Positions 18,055 to 26,135 of a stretch of DNA of 28,741 nucleotides are shown piece after piece (the stretch's first letter is position 1; the number at the start of each line of letters is the position of its first letter). The stretch is from Fibrobacteria bacterium (GTDB lineage: Bacteria; Fibrobacterota; Fibrobacteria; UBA11236), in NCBI GenBank assembly GCA_043732185.1, contig JAYTHY010000086.1, positions 1 through 28,741 on the forward strand. The letters run 5' to 3'. Under the pieces are notes generated by a model. That model searched no databases and was not told the DNA's origin. It saw only the letters and a program-made list of their open reading frames with translations. The position numbers were made by a program, and so were the translations under genes.

Positions 18055-20499
18055 ATGAAAAATAAAACCGGCTCTTCAATTTTCATGGCATTTATTGCGT
18101 CATGGTCGCTTGCACTCACAACACCCACCGCTCAAACATCCGTTCGCTTTGACTGTTTTTATCCACAGGATGCTTTTCTAGTTCCCATTGCACAAATGAC
18201 GCAATTGCAAACACTACTTGACCTGCACAAAGTGATTCGGCTTGAGCCTGGTGATTACAAAAAGGGAAATTCACTTTCCGCATTAGTTGTCAAAAGCAAC
18301 TATCGTATTTATGGTATCGCAACATCTATTCCGAATATCACTATCGAACCAGGCACGGAAAATGCAGTCATCAGCTCGGTCCATGCGTCCATAAATTTTC
18401 CAACCAGCACTACTGCAATAACACGGCATAATTTGTTTAGGCGCATAACTTACGGTCACATTGCCGTTACCAATGCTATGGTGGAAGACAATCTTTTTAC
18501 CGACATATCCTGGAATGGAATGGATGTCGACACGCGTCAGAGTGGTTACTTTAGAAATAATCGCATACTCCGATTTGTTTCTCAAATTGACGTTTCACCG
18601 GCTAATCCGGTCATTCGTTTTCGTGGGGATCTCGCTCGAAAATCCGGTGGAAATGTCTTTGCTGCCGGAGTTTTTCTAGGATCGCCTTCAAATTATTTTG
18701 ACAATCAATACAGCCTGAACCTGCTCTGCCCAACCAATGAATCTTATTCCACTGCTGATGATCCGTTTATGCAATCGGGTGCAATGGGCAAGTTCACAAT
18801 TTGGCAGGCGGCCGGTTTGAATTCGTCGGGCCGATCCTTTATTTCCAATGCCGATGAATCCGTTATTTATGGTTTTGATCAGAACACCCAAAAGCAGCCT
18901 CTAGCTATCCTTGGCCCTAATCAAGCTGCGTCCATGTACATGGGTTCCGTATTGCCATTGGCTGGCATTACAGACCAAGCTACGGCCCCTTTTCGTGTCT
19001 ATGGTATGGACGGCGGAAATGATAACATCAAAACTGTGAGCATTGATGGAAAAAATAATCCTACGTCCATCACCACCGCCCAAGCAGAAAAGGTCCGCTC
19101 CATGTTGATGAAGCCGCAAGGTCCAGCGTGGGAAGCTCCGGTATTCAATGCGATTGCCAATCCCGGGGGAGTGGATTGGAGCCTGAACCGCGATAAAAAG
19201 ACTTCATCTTCCACGGAAATACAAGCCCGGATAAATGCCGAGGGCTTGGTGATTTTGCCGAAGGGTATTTATTATCTGGACAAGCCTTTGATATTGGGAA
19301 GGCGCAGCAAGGGACTTTTAGGGGCCGGGCAGGACCAGACCGTGCTAATTGCCATGCGCCCGGATATGAATTTGATTGAAATGGACAGCATTCCCTTGAA
19401 CGATCCGGAAGCGACGGGATTGACGCTAACGGATTTGACCTTACAAGGTGGTAAAAACGGAATATTCCAGAAATGGAGAGGTGGTAAGAATCTTCAATTT
19501 TATGACTGCTTGGTTTCCAATGTAACTTTCCGGGACATGTCTGAGTCTGGGCTGCAATTCACGGAAATATATGCTTGGGACAATAATATTTTTGATGATT
19601 TGACATTCTATAAATGCGCGAGTGGGTTCAAACAACATACCATAATTGTACCAGGTCAAAACGATGCCTCTCCAACTTTGAATTACATGGACAAGGTGAC
19701 TTTCCAGCATTGCCGTTTTGTGGAATGCGGTAAGGCCCTGGACATGCTTTCTGGGCGGGCTTGTGGAGGGAACTGGTTTATGAATTGTAGATTCGAAGGC
19801 AACTCGGAATATGTTTGGCGCGCCAATCATTACCCAATTAATTTTCTGAATTGCGATTTTATTGGTAATGCTGGTTCACCAGTGGTCCATAATGATGCGC
19901 CTCTCACCGTGACGGGATGTCGCTTTGAGAATGGAGTATTAAGTTCCGCGTCTTTTGTGAATTCCTCTAGCGCCATTGTCATCGCAGAATCCAATTTTAA
20001 GGGAGCTGGAAGCACCACGATCACACCGATTACGCCTCCTGCATCCTTGGCTCCATTCCTGACCAATCCAGACAATTTTAGGCATTATCGAGAAAGACGC
20101 TTTTTTATCTATAACTCCGTTTCCTCCGTGGCCATTGGCGGCCTGCGCAATGGCATGCTTTTCAATAACTCCCTTGAAAAAGATACAGTCTTAGCTAAAG
20201 AATGGGTCAACGTGATCGATTCCGTGTCGACCGTACTGATGGCGGATAAGGCCCATCCTGCCGCCCAGCTTTTGGTAGGTGCGATTTTTCCCGGTGGCTT
20301 GTCATCCGGTGGCGGAACCAGCATTTTTTCGGTCCACCGGAATGCTCGGCTTGGTGCTGCCAAAAAAACGGTTCAAATTGGACAGCAAATTGACGGAAAA
20401 ACGCGAACTTCCCGGCAAATGCCACGAAATAGCAAGACTCAGGGTCGGAACTCACTTGAAACAGTCAATTTGGTAGGGAAAAGGATAGTCGAGCCTTAA
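18055..20499 (+). CDS. Secreted parallel beta-helix (pectin-lyase-like fold) protein with two beta-helix modules, probably polysaccharide-active
   Basis: Signal peptide. Two beta-helix cap motifs (LQTLLDLHKVIRLEPGDY; STEIQARINAEGLVILPKGIYYLDKPLIL...LLGAGQDQTVL), PbH-like repeats (VSNVTFRD, FQHCRFVEC, FMNCRFEGN, FLNCDFIGN, VTGCRFEN) and a basic C-terminal tail. Confidence 0.75.
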   Translation: MKNKTGSSIFMAFIASWSLALTTPTAQTSVRFDCFYPQDAFLVPIAQMTQLQTLLDLHKVIRLEPGDYKKGNSLSALVVKSNYRIYGIATSIPNITIEPGTENAVISSVHASINFPTSTTAITRHNLFRRITYGHIAVTNAMVEDNLFTDISWNGMDVDTRQSGYFRNNRILRFVSQIDVSPANPVIRFRGDLARKSGGNVFAAGVFLGSPSNYFDNQYSLNLLCPTNESYSTADDPFMQSGAMGKFTIWQAAGLNSSGRSFISNADESVIYGFDQNTQKQPLAILGPNQAASMYMGSVLPLAGITDQATAPFRVYGMDGGNDNIKTVSIDGKNNPTSITTAQAEKVRSMLMKPQGPAWEAPVFNAIANPGGVDWSLNRDKKTSSSTEIQARINAEGLVILPKGIYYLDKPLILGRRSKGLLGAGQDQTVLIAMRPDMNLIEMDSIPLNDPEATGLTLTDLTLQGGKNGIFQKWRGGKNLQFYDCLVSNVTFRDMSESGLQFTEIYAWDNNIFDDLTFYKCASGFKQHTIIVPGQNDASPTLNYMDKVTFQHCRFVECGKALDMLSGRACGGNWFMNCRFEGNSEYVWRANHYPINFLNCDFIGNAGSPVVHNDAPLTVTGCRFENGVLSSASFVNSSSAIVIAESNFKGAGSTTITPITPPASLAPFLTNPDNFRHYRERRFFIYNSVSSVAIGGLRNGMLFNNSLEKDTVLAKEWVNVIDSVSTVLMADKAHPAAQLLVGAIFPGGLSSGGGTSIFSVHRNARLGAAKKTVQIGQQIDGKTRTSRQMPRNSKTQGRNSLETVNLVGKRIVEP

Positions 20500-20838
20500 T
20501 GTTGTATGAGGACAACTTATAATCCACTGAACCTGAAAAAGTGCTAAAAATCGGCGAAGGACCACGGTTTGTGGTGACGACAAATTGGCTTTTTTGGTGT
20601 ACTTTAAAACCACACCTATGTCAGCCTTCGCATGAAAAATCAACAAACGGAAAACTACCCTGTGCAGGGTTTATTCATCCTCGCGATTTTATGTTACGCC
20701 CTTTTTTCATTTGCCAAGAATAGAGGTATTCGAACCAGGTTTGCTAGGGATACAAACCAAATTCATGCGGCCAAATTCGAACCGGGTTTAGGCAGCTATG
20801 GTCCGTCGCTAGGTATGAATACAGTTTCCGACCAGGAT

Positions 20839-22167
20839 TCAATTGGAAGGAATTAAAAACCGACTCCATTTTCCAAGTCTAAATTTGACTGAGGCTACCA
20901 ATGGACCCATGTTGAGTTTAGAATCTGAAAAGTTATAATCTGTAGTCCCCTGTCCGTCATATTTTCTGAGTAAGCGCCCCTGTTCAGTACAGATTTCAAC
21001 CTGATAAAATTGAGTGGAATTGATTTCCAGTACACGATGACCATTCCTAGAAAGCAAACGGACACTGGGGTTACTGGGCATCCTATTGTGTAAGGCCGGA
21101 AAGGTGCCTGTGGTCACGGAGGTTTGACGAACTTCAATTTCACCCAGCTGGAACCGAAAGCTGGACGTTTCATCGGAAGATGGATTGCCGAGTCTAGTGG
21201 CGAAAACCCGGATATATCGGGCCCTGCGTGGCCCAAAATGGAAAATTTGGGGAAGCCCTTTGGGATCCGGTTGGGCGACAACAGATTGTATGATGGAATA
21301 GGCTCCGGCCGCACCATTGACCAAACTTTCCACTCGATAATCCACCGGGAAATTGGGCGAACCATCCGCGACCTGGGTCATTTTAATACGTGGAAATAAA
21401 ACGATTTCATCAAATGCCGTGTCCTTGCCTAAATCCACTTGCACCCATACAGAATTCATCGGTCCCGATACCGGTGGATCGCTCGTCCAGCCCAAGGCAT
21501 TTGTGGCAAGTGTCCGGATTCCATCGGTCAGGAAGGCGGTGCTCCAATCGATGGATTGCAGCGAAGCAGAAGCGGTCACTTTTGCGTGCAGAGCCAAGTT
21601 GGGCCAGGGGCCAAGATCATAGACTTCAATTTCAGCCAACTGGCATCGGTAGCCCAGGGGTTCCGTGCTTGCCTGTAGGCTCAAGCGCGTCGCATTCATC
21701 CGGATATACCGACCACGCATGCGCGCAAAGTCGAATATGCGCGGCTGTGTACCGGGATTGGGTTCGCTCAAAATAGTGACGGCCTTGGAAAATTGGCCGC
21801 CCTCCGGCTTTATCTCAATGCCAATGTCGACGGGAAATCCGGGAGCGCCTCCAGAAGTTGCCTTTGCATCGTTTCGGGGGCACAATACAACGCGGTCGAT
21901 CAGCGTATCTTTCCCCAGGTCAACCTCTACCCATTCGGATGCTTTTGCCGCAAAGCCAATTGGATCCGAGGACCAGCCCTTTGCACCAATGCTTCCTTTG
22001 CGAATTCCATCCGTAAGCTGTAGCTTACCCCAGTCGGTATTTTCCAATGATGAGGATGCCGAAACGGCAGCGTGCAAGGCGAGGTTGCCCGGCGAAACTT
22101 GGCCCTTGACTGGCAAGATCCAAAGTAGGCCGAGGAGTACAATCAATTGGGATGCGGTTATTTTCAT
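20839..22167 (-). CDS. Secreted protein with two tandem discoidin (F5/8 type C, CBM32-like) domains and a CTD-like C-terminus
   Basis: Internal duplication: NLALHA-V-AS-SL...LTDGIR...GW-SDP...WV-VDLGKDT...PR...FPVD...RYIR...QL-EIEV occurs twice. No catalytic domain is evident. Confidence 0.85.
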   Translation of the reverse strand: MKITASQLIVLLGLLWILPVKGQVSPGNLALHAAVSASSSLENTDWGKLQLTDGIRKGSIGAKGWSSDPIGFAAKASEWVEVDLGKDTLIDRVVLCPRNDAKATSGGAPGFPVDIGIEIKPEGGQFSKAVTILSEPNPGTQPRIFDFARMRGRYIRMNATRLSLQASTEPLGYRCQLAEIEVYDLGPWPNLALHAKVTASASLQSIDWSTAFLTDGIRTLATNALGWTSDPPVSGPMNSVWVQVDLGKDTAFDEIVLFPRIKMTQVADGSPNFPVDYRVESLVNGAAGAYSIIQSVVAQPDPKGLPQIFHFGPRRARYIRVFATRLGNPSSDETSSFRFQLGEIEVRQTSVTTGTFPALHNRMPSNPSVRLLSRNGHRVLEINSTQFYQVEICTEQGRLLRKYDGQGTTDYNFSDSKLNMGPLVASVKFRLGKWSRFLIPSN

Positions 22168-22200
22168 TCGTGAAATTTAAATAAAACCTACTTTACTGGA

Positions 22201-22804
22201 ATGCTACACACTATCCGAAATCGTCAAAAAAAACAATTGCGTGAGAGCAGCGGGCATCGTTATGCCTTGTACCTACTGGCCTTGTCGGTAATTTCCCAAG
22301 TGTTTCTATACGCGGAAGCCAATCTCACCCGGCGATTTACTTTGGACAGCCTGCATGGAAAGTATTTGGACTGCCATGTCCATACCGCAGGCATACCCCT
22401 TTTGACACATACCGGCAAAGAAAGTTCCTTTGTCGGCGCAAAGGATTCTTTGTGCGATCCCTTTCGCTTGGAGTTGCCCTTGAAACTCGGTCTGACTGTA
22501 ATAGCCGCACACGTTGGCACGCCAGGGAAAAATCATGGCCAGGAAAATTTTGAACGCGCCTTGATCATGCTGGGTCGATATCCCAACCTTTATGCGGATA
22601 TTTCTTCACTCACCCAAATCAATAAATTGCGTTACCTTGGGAATATTCTCCCGGTATGATTTCACATTTCGTGCCAACCTGGGCAAATTACGCGCGGCTG
22701 CAAAGGAAGAAAATCCGTGGGATAGGGATGTCGCTTTGAAAAAAGCCCTTGGAGTACCGGACGAAGTATTTACACTAACCGCCAAATTGTTGCTCACTCA
22801 ATGA
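22201..22804 (+). pseudogene. Amidohydrolase (amidohydro_2-type) remnant with internal deletions and a frameshift
   Basis: DCHVH (metal HxH) runs directly into IPLLTHTG, followed by VIAAHVG and YPNLYADISSL, then a stop at 22659. The C-terminal ENPWDRDVALKKALGVP lies in another frame. There is no YG[TS]D-P motif, and the total is about 200 codons, too short for the barrel. Confidence 0.75.
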
Positions 22805-23958
22805 AATATGCTGTGCGCTTTTCATGGACACTTCAGAGAAGAACATCTCCAGTATTTTTTTGTTTGGTTCTGCTCAGTCCACTATTACTTGCATCCTGCC
22901 TATTTGAAACAGAATCCGCCCAAAGTAATTATCCCACCCATTTTGATCTGACATTACTTCGCAATGCGGTGAATCCCTTGACGAAATGGTATTCGATGGA
23001 CAATAGCAAGAGTGTGGTGGGTTTAAAATTCGCTTTTCATTCCACAAATTACGCCTGGGAAGTGGACTCAAATGTTGAAGCCTTTCATTCCCAGTCCGGG
23101 GTTTACCCAGCAATTGTAGGCGCGTATTTTGATTTTTTTAGCCAACCTCAAAACCTGAAAATATTTTTGGATGCTGTCCATGCAAAAGGCTGCATTCCCT
23201 ACGTCACATTGGACCCTAAGCATTTTTCTAGCACCAGTGATTTACCTGAACAGAAAAAATTCCTTACGAAAATAATCCAGGGTGAGTTTGATGCAAAACT
23301 CATGGAAATGGCTCAAGTGCTAAGGGATTTTAAATTTCCTGTTCTGTTCCGATATGCACATGAAATGAACGGTGATTGGTATCCCTATGGCGGAGGAGGA
23401 GATGCCAATGGGGACGGCATTGCGGATGGTCCTGCGAACTATGTTTCTGCATGGAGATACACGCATGATTTGTTTACAAAAAATGGAACACTTAATCTTC
23501 TTTGGATTTTTTGTCCCAATGCTGAGGACTTTCCGGCAGTGCCGGGGAATCGACCCTTCCGGTATTTTCCAGGTTCAAAGTATGTGGATATGATTTTTGT
23601 GGACGCCTATGAACATCATAAAAAACGTAGGCAAAATTTGGAGGAGGTTCTGGACTATTTTTATAATGAGATGGGAAATTTTCTTGAATCACGACGCACC
23701 CAAGGGGATTCATTGATCCTTCCATTTGGTATCGGTGAATTTGGAACGACCCAATCTGATGTAGAAGCCAAAGCAAGTTGGTACAATCACGCATTGGAAT
23801 GGATCGCCATCGACGACCGTATCAAATTTCACATACTGTATAATGTCCAGAATTCCACTGAAGATTTTTCTCTGCAAACTTTAGGTGATCGTGTTAAAGC
23901 TGCTTTTCAGCAGGCCCGATTTCAATTGCAGCTTTTTGCTTTCGCGTTGAACGGATAA
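22801..23958 (+). CDS. Glycoside hydrolase family 26 (beta-mannanase/lichenase-like) lipoprotein
   Basis: LFRYAHEMNGDWYPY (acid/base Glu), YVSAWR, WIFCPN, YFPGSKYVD and IGEFG (nucleophile Glu). Lipobox LAS-C. Confidence 0.9.
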   Translation: MKYAVRFSWTLQRRTSPVFFCLVLLSPLLLASCLFETESAQSNYPTHFDLTLLRNAVNPLTKWYSMDNSKSVVGLKFAFHSTNYAWEVDSNVEAFHSQSGVYPAIVGAYFDFFSQPQNLKIFLDAVHAKGCIPYVTLDPKHFSSTSDLPEQKKFLTKIIQGEFDAKLMEMAQVLRDFKFPVLFRYAHEMNGDWYPYGGGGDANGDGIADGPANYVSAWRYTHDLFTKNGTLNLLWIFCPNAEDFPAVPGNRPFRYFPGSKYVDMIFVDAYEHHKKRRQNLEEVLDYFYNEMGNFLESRRTQGDSLILPFGIGEFGTTQSDVEAKASWYNHALEWIAIDDRIKFHILYNVQNSTEDFSLQTLGDRVKAAFQQARFQLQLFAFALNG

Positions 23959-23993
23959 CATTCGGAAATATTTAAAATATTTTCACAGTTAGA

Positions 23994-24503
23994 ATGAAAG
24001 TTGTAGCTTCTCCTTTATCTCAAAACAGCCAGGATTCCTTTCTTCTAAAATTAAACGGAGAATCCCGTGAACGGAATCGGTCCACCGTTTATGATCCTGA
24101 ACTACCCGCCAATTCGGCGTTCAAATCTTCTAGGTATTTACAGTACGAATTTCCTGCGGCCGAAAGTGAAGGCAATTTTAATTTGAGTTGGTACCCATCT
24201 ACCCGAACTACTTTTGGTTTGTCTGGCGGTACAGATTATCGGGTGCAGTTTGATTATACCGGAAGTAACAAAGAGATGACGAATTCACTTGGTATAATTC
24301 CATATCATGATGGGCATCGCCTAAAAATAACGGGCCAATTTTACGGAAATTATTTTTTGAACCCACGTCTAGGTTTACTGAGTGGCATTAACTTCAATAA
24401 ATCGATTTGGCATACCAAAGAGGGTCTAATGGAGGGCATTCAAGGCGAAAGCATCTATCAGGGCTCAGTATTGGGGAAGTTTCGATTTTTATGCCGCTTT
24501 TAG
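23994..24503 (+). CDS. Hypothetical protein, beta-strand-rich, possibly a remnant of a larger outer-membrane protein gene
   Basis: 169-codon ORF with alternating aromatic/polar strands, but no signal peptide and no clear RBS. Confidence 0.35.
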   Translation: MKVVASPLSQNSQDSFLLKLNGESRERNRSTVYDPELPANSAFKSSRYLQYEFPAAESEGNFNLSWYPSTRTTFGLSGGTDYRVQFDYTGSNKEMTNSLGIIPYHDGHRLKITGQFYGNYFLNPRLGLLSGINFNKSIWHTKEGLMEGIQGESIYQGSVLGKFRFLCRF

Positions 24504-24580
24504 TCAATTTTTTCACGATATTCACATAGACTCAGGCTGTGGATTACTCTAGTTTTTAGCTTTAATTTAAGGGGTATAGT

Positions 24581-25303
24581 ATGGTTGCTTTCATGCGAAA
24601 TCGGACTTTAGTTTCAAAACCTTTCGGAGTGCTTTTTTTTCTCCTTGGTCTTTCCTTTTCAAGTGTCCTGGCATCGGCGGCTGTATCTACCTACCACATC
24701 AATTGCGGAGGCCCCGCCTTTGACGGACCGCGCTGGGTCGATACGGTTGCGGATCCCAATTCTACGGACACAACTAAAATCCATTGGTCCGGGGACGCGT
24801 ATTACATCGGCGGTGGGCCGTATTCGCAACCGACCACCATTAAAAATACTGCTTCGCAACCCTTATTCCAAACAGAGCGCTGGAATCCAGATCCTCCAGA
24901 TGGCGCCAAATACACTTTCCCAGTTCCAAATGGAAATTATACCCTGACGCTGTACTTTGCAGAAATATCGCCAACCGAAGCCGGCGTGGGTTTGCGCGTC
25001 TTCAACGTCATGGTCAATGGAAGTGAAATGCTGCATCTCTACGATATATTCGCCAAGGTTGGGGCGAATAAAGCCACATCAGAATCCAAGGTGGTTTATG
25101 TGACGGCAGGTAAAATTGAAATCAGTTTCGTCAACGTAGCACATCATGCAAAAATTTCAGCAATACAAATTGTGCCGGTCACTGTATCTGGGGTGCAAAA
25201 AGCGGAACGGTCAAAGCATTCATTGCATTCCGTTCCAGGTGTGATCGCTGGCAAAAAAGGTGGCTATACTCTGTTGGGTAAACGCGTCCTCAGGAAACAT
25301 TAA
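24581..25303 (+). CDS. Secreted malectin-domain (CBM57-like) protein with a short basic tail
   Basis: Signal peptide and motifs INCGG, LFQTERW, YTFPVPNGNYTLTLYFAEI, RVFNV, DIFAKVG and AKISAIQI. Tail YTLLGKRVLRKH. The start may be ATG 24593. Confidence 0.9.
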   Translation: MVAFMRNRTLVSKPFGVLFFLLGLSFSSVLASAAVSTYHINCGGPAFDGPRWVDTVADPNSTDTTKIHWSGDAYYIGGGPYSQPTTIKNTASQPLFQTERWNPDPPDGAKYTFPVPNGNYTLTLYFAEISPTEAGVGLRVFNVMVNGSEMLHLYDIFAKVGANKATSESKVVYVTAGKIEISFVNVAHHAKISAIQIVPVTVSGVQKAERSKHSLHSVPGVIAGKKGGYTLLGKRVLRKH

Positions 25304-25335
25304 TTCTGATTCTTAATTTTTTTGACTTAATAATG

Positions 25336-25364
25336 AAAAAGCCTCCCGTTTCCGAGAGGCTTTT
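25336..25364 (-). terminator. Rho-independent terminator (probably bidirectional), directly downstream of the tRNA-Gly 3' end
   Basis: The minus strand reads AAAA-GCCTCTCG-GAAA-CGGGAGGC-TTTTT: an 8-bp stem with one G-U pair, a GNRA loop and a U-tract. There is also a T-run on the + strand after the malectin gene. Confidence 0.85.
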
Positions 25365-25365
25365 A

Positions 25366-25413
25366 TGGAGCGGGTTAAGAGACTCGAACCCTCGACCTTC
25401 TCCTTGGCAAGGA
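25366..25413 (-). mobile_element. 3' fragment (48 bp) of tRNA-Gly(GCC), attR-type direct repeat of an integrative element; not an intact tRNA
   Basis: The minus strand reads TCC-TTGCCAA-GGAGA-AGGTC-GAGGG-TTCGAGT-CTCTT-AACCCGC-T-CCA (anticodon GCC, T-arm, U73, CCA). The upstream sequence has no D-arm and no GCGGGTT acceptor strand. Confidence 0.88.
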
Positions 25414-25504
25414 TTCACCCTGGTTCTCGGTAGGGGCTTTTCCCTATTGAAAACGCTGAAAAATAACTGAAATGAGCAGTTTGCTCAATTTGGTTCGGGC
25501 AGTG

Positions 25505-25534
25505 AATACCTCCTAATACCCCTATTTACCCCCT
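25505..25534 (+). repeat. Three 10-bp phased imperfect repeats AATACCTCCT/AATACCCCTA/TTTACCCCCT (candidate excisionase/RDF sites)
   Basis: TACC recurs at exact 10-bp spacing between the att core and the GGACAC repeats. The role is inferred. Confidence 0.45.
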
Positions 25535-25536
25535 GG

Positions 25537-25560
25537 GTGCGGACACTTGTGCGGACACTT
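25537..25560 (+). repeat. Perfect 12-bp tandem repeat GTGCGGACACTT x2 (candidate integrase arm-type sites)
   Basis: Seen directly, about 125 bp inside the tRNA-Gly att. Confidence 0.7.
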
Positions 25561-25568
25561 TTAAAATC

Positions 25569-25589
25569 AACTGGGTGCCTTGGGCAGGT
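25569..25589 (+). repeat. Copy 1 of 21-bp motif AACYGGGTGCCTTGGGCAGGT
   Basis: 20/21 identical to 26172-26192, with a 17-bp perfect core GGGTGCCTTGGGCAGGT. Confidence 0.85.
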
Positions 25590-25978
25590 CATTCAGATAC
25601 GGTGAACAAAGGGCCGATTCCTGGGGGCTTGTTTAAGAGCTATTCAAAAAATTTCATACATGTGGACTATTCCTAGGACTGCTGATTCCGGTATAACCGG
25701 CACCTTAATAGGATTTAATCGGGAAGGTTTTTCTTGGTTGTCCGAAATGGAATGCTCGAAATTCCCTTTTTGGCAATTCGGCGTTAACTGGCTACAAATC
25801 CCAATTAAGCCGTGAAAGCATCATGAAAGGAGATACCTTCGTGGATGAATCATACAGCTGGGATGATCTGATTTCGGAAATCGACGACGTATTGCATAGC
25901 GCACACACGAACATTAAATGTAGGACCGGCAGCTTTGGCTAGGAATGGGGCAAATATAAGACGTTTGCTTCAGGTGCA

Positions 25979-26028
25979 TCGCTCTGATAAGGCGGGGGTC
26001 GGCAGTTCAAGTCTGCCCAGGCCTACCA
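25979..26028 (+). mobile_element. 3' fragment (about 50 bp) of tRNA-Ile(GAT), second att-like core; not an intact tRNA
   Basis: TCGCT-CTGATAA-GGCGG-GGGTC-GGCAG-TTCAAGT-CTGCC-CAGGCCT-A-CCA: GAT anticodon arm, perfect T-arm, A73 and CCA. There is no AGGCCTG acceptor strand or complete D-arm upstream. Confidence 0.85.
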
Positions 26029-26033
26029 TTTTA

Positions 26034-26083
26034 GCCCCTCCGGTCGCCTCTTTCGCAAGAAAAGGCAATCGGCAGGGGTCTTT
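26034..26083 (+). terminator. Long imperfect hairpin with a GCAA tetraloop downstream of the tRNA-Ile fragment (terminator-like)
   Basis: GCCCCT-CCGGTCGCCT-CTTTC-GCAA-GAAA-AGGCAATCGG-CAGGGGT followed by CTTT. Confidence 0.55.
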
Positions 26084-26135
26084 AATGCCCCCCATATTTG
26101 TTCCCACCCTCGGGAATGCTCCCATCTACCACGAA

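Noticed and set aside
20632..20856. 74-aa ORF with one hydrophobic segment
   Set aside because: No RBS or recognisable family, and it overlaps the end of the convergent gene. It is possible but unsupported.
21114..22180. Multiple overlapping ORFs within the discoidin gene
   Set aside because: These are antisense or alternative-frame shadows of a well-supported CDS.
22592..22804. Programmed frameshift restoring the amidohydrolase
   Set aside because: No slippery site is evident, and essential segments are missing whichever frame is read.
25366..25441. Intact tRNA-Gly gene
   Set aside because: The 5' acceptor strand and D-arm are absent; only the 3' 48 nt match.
25950..26028. Intact tRNA-Ile gene
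   Set aside because: There is no AGGCCTG to pair with CAGGCCT and no complete D-arm upstream.
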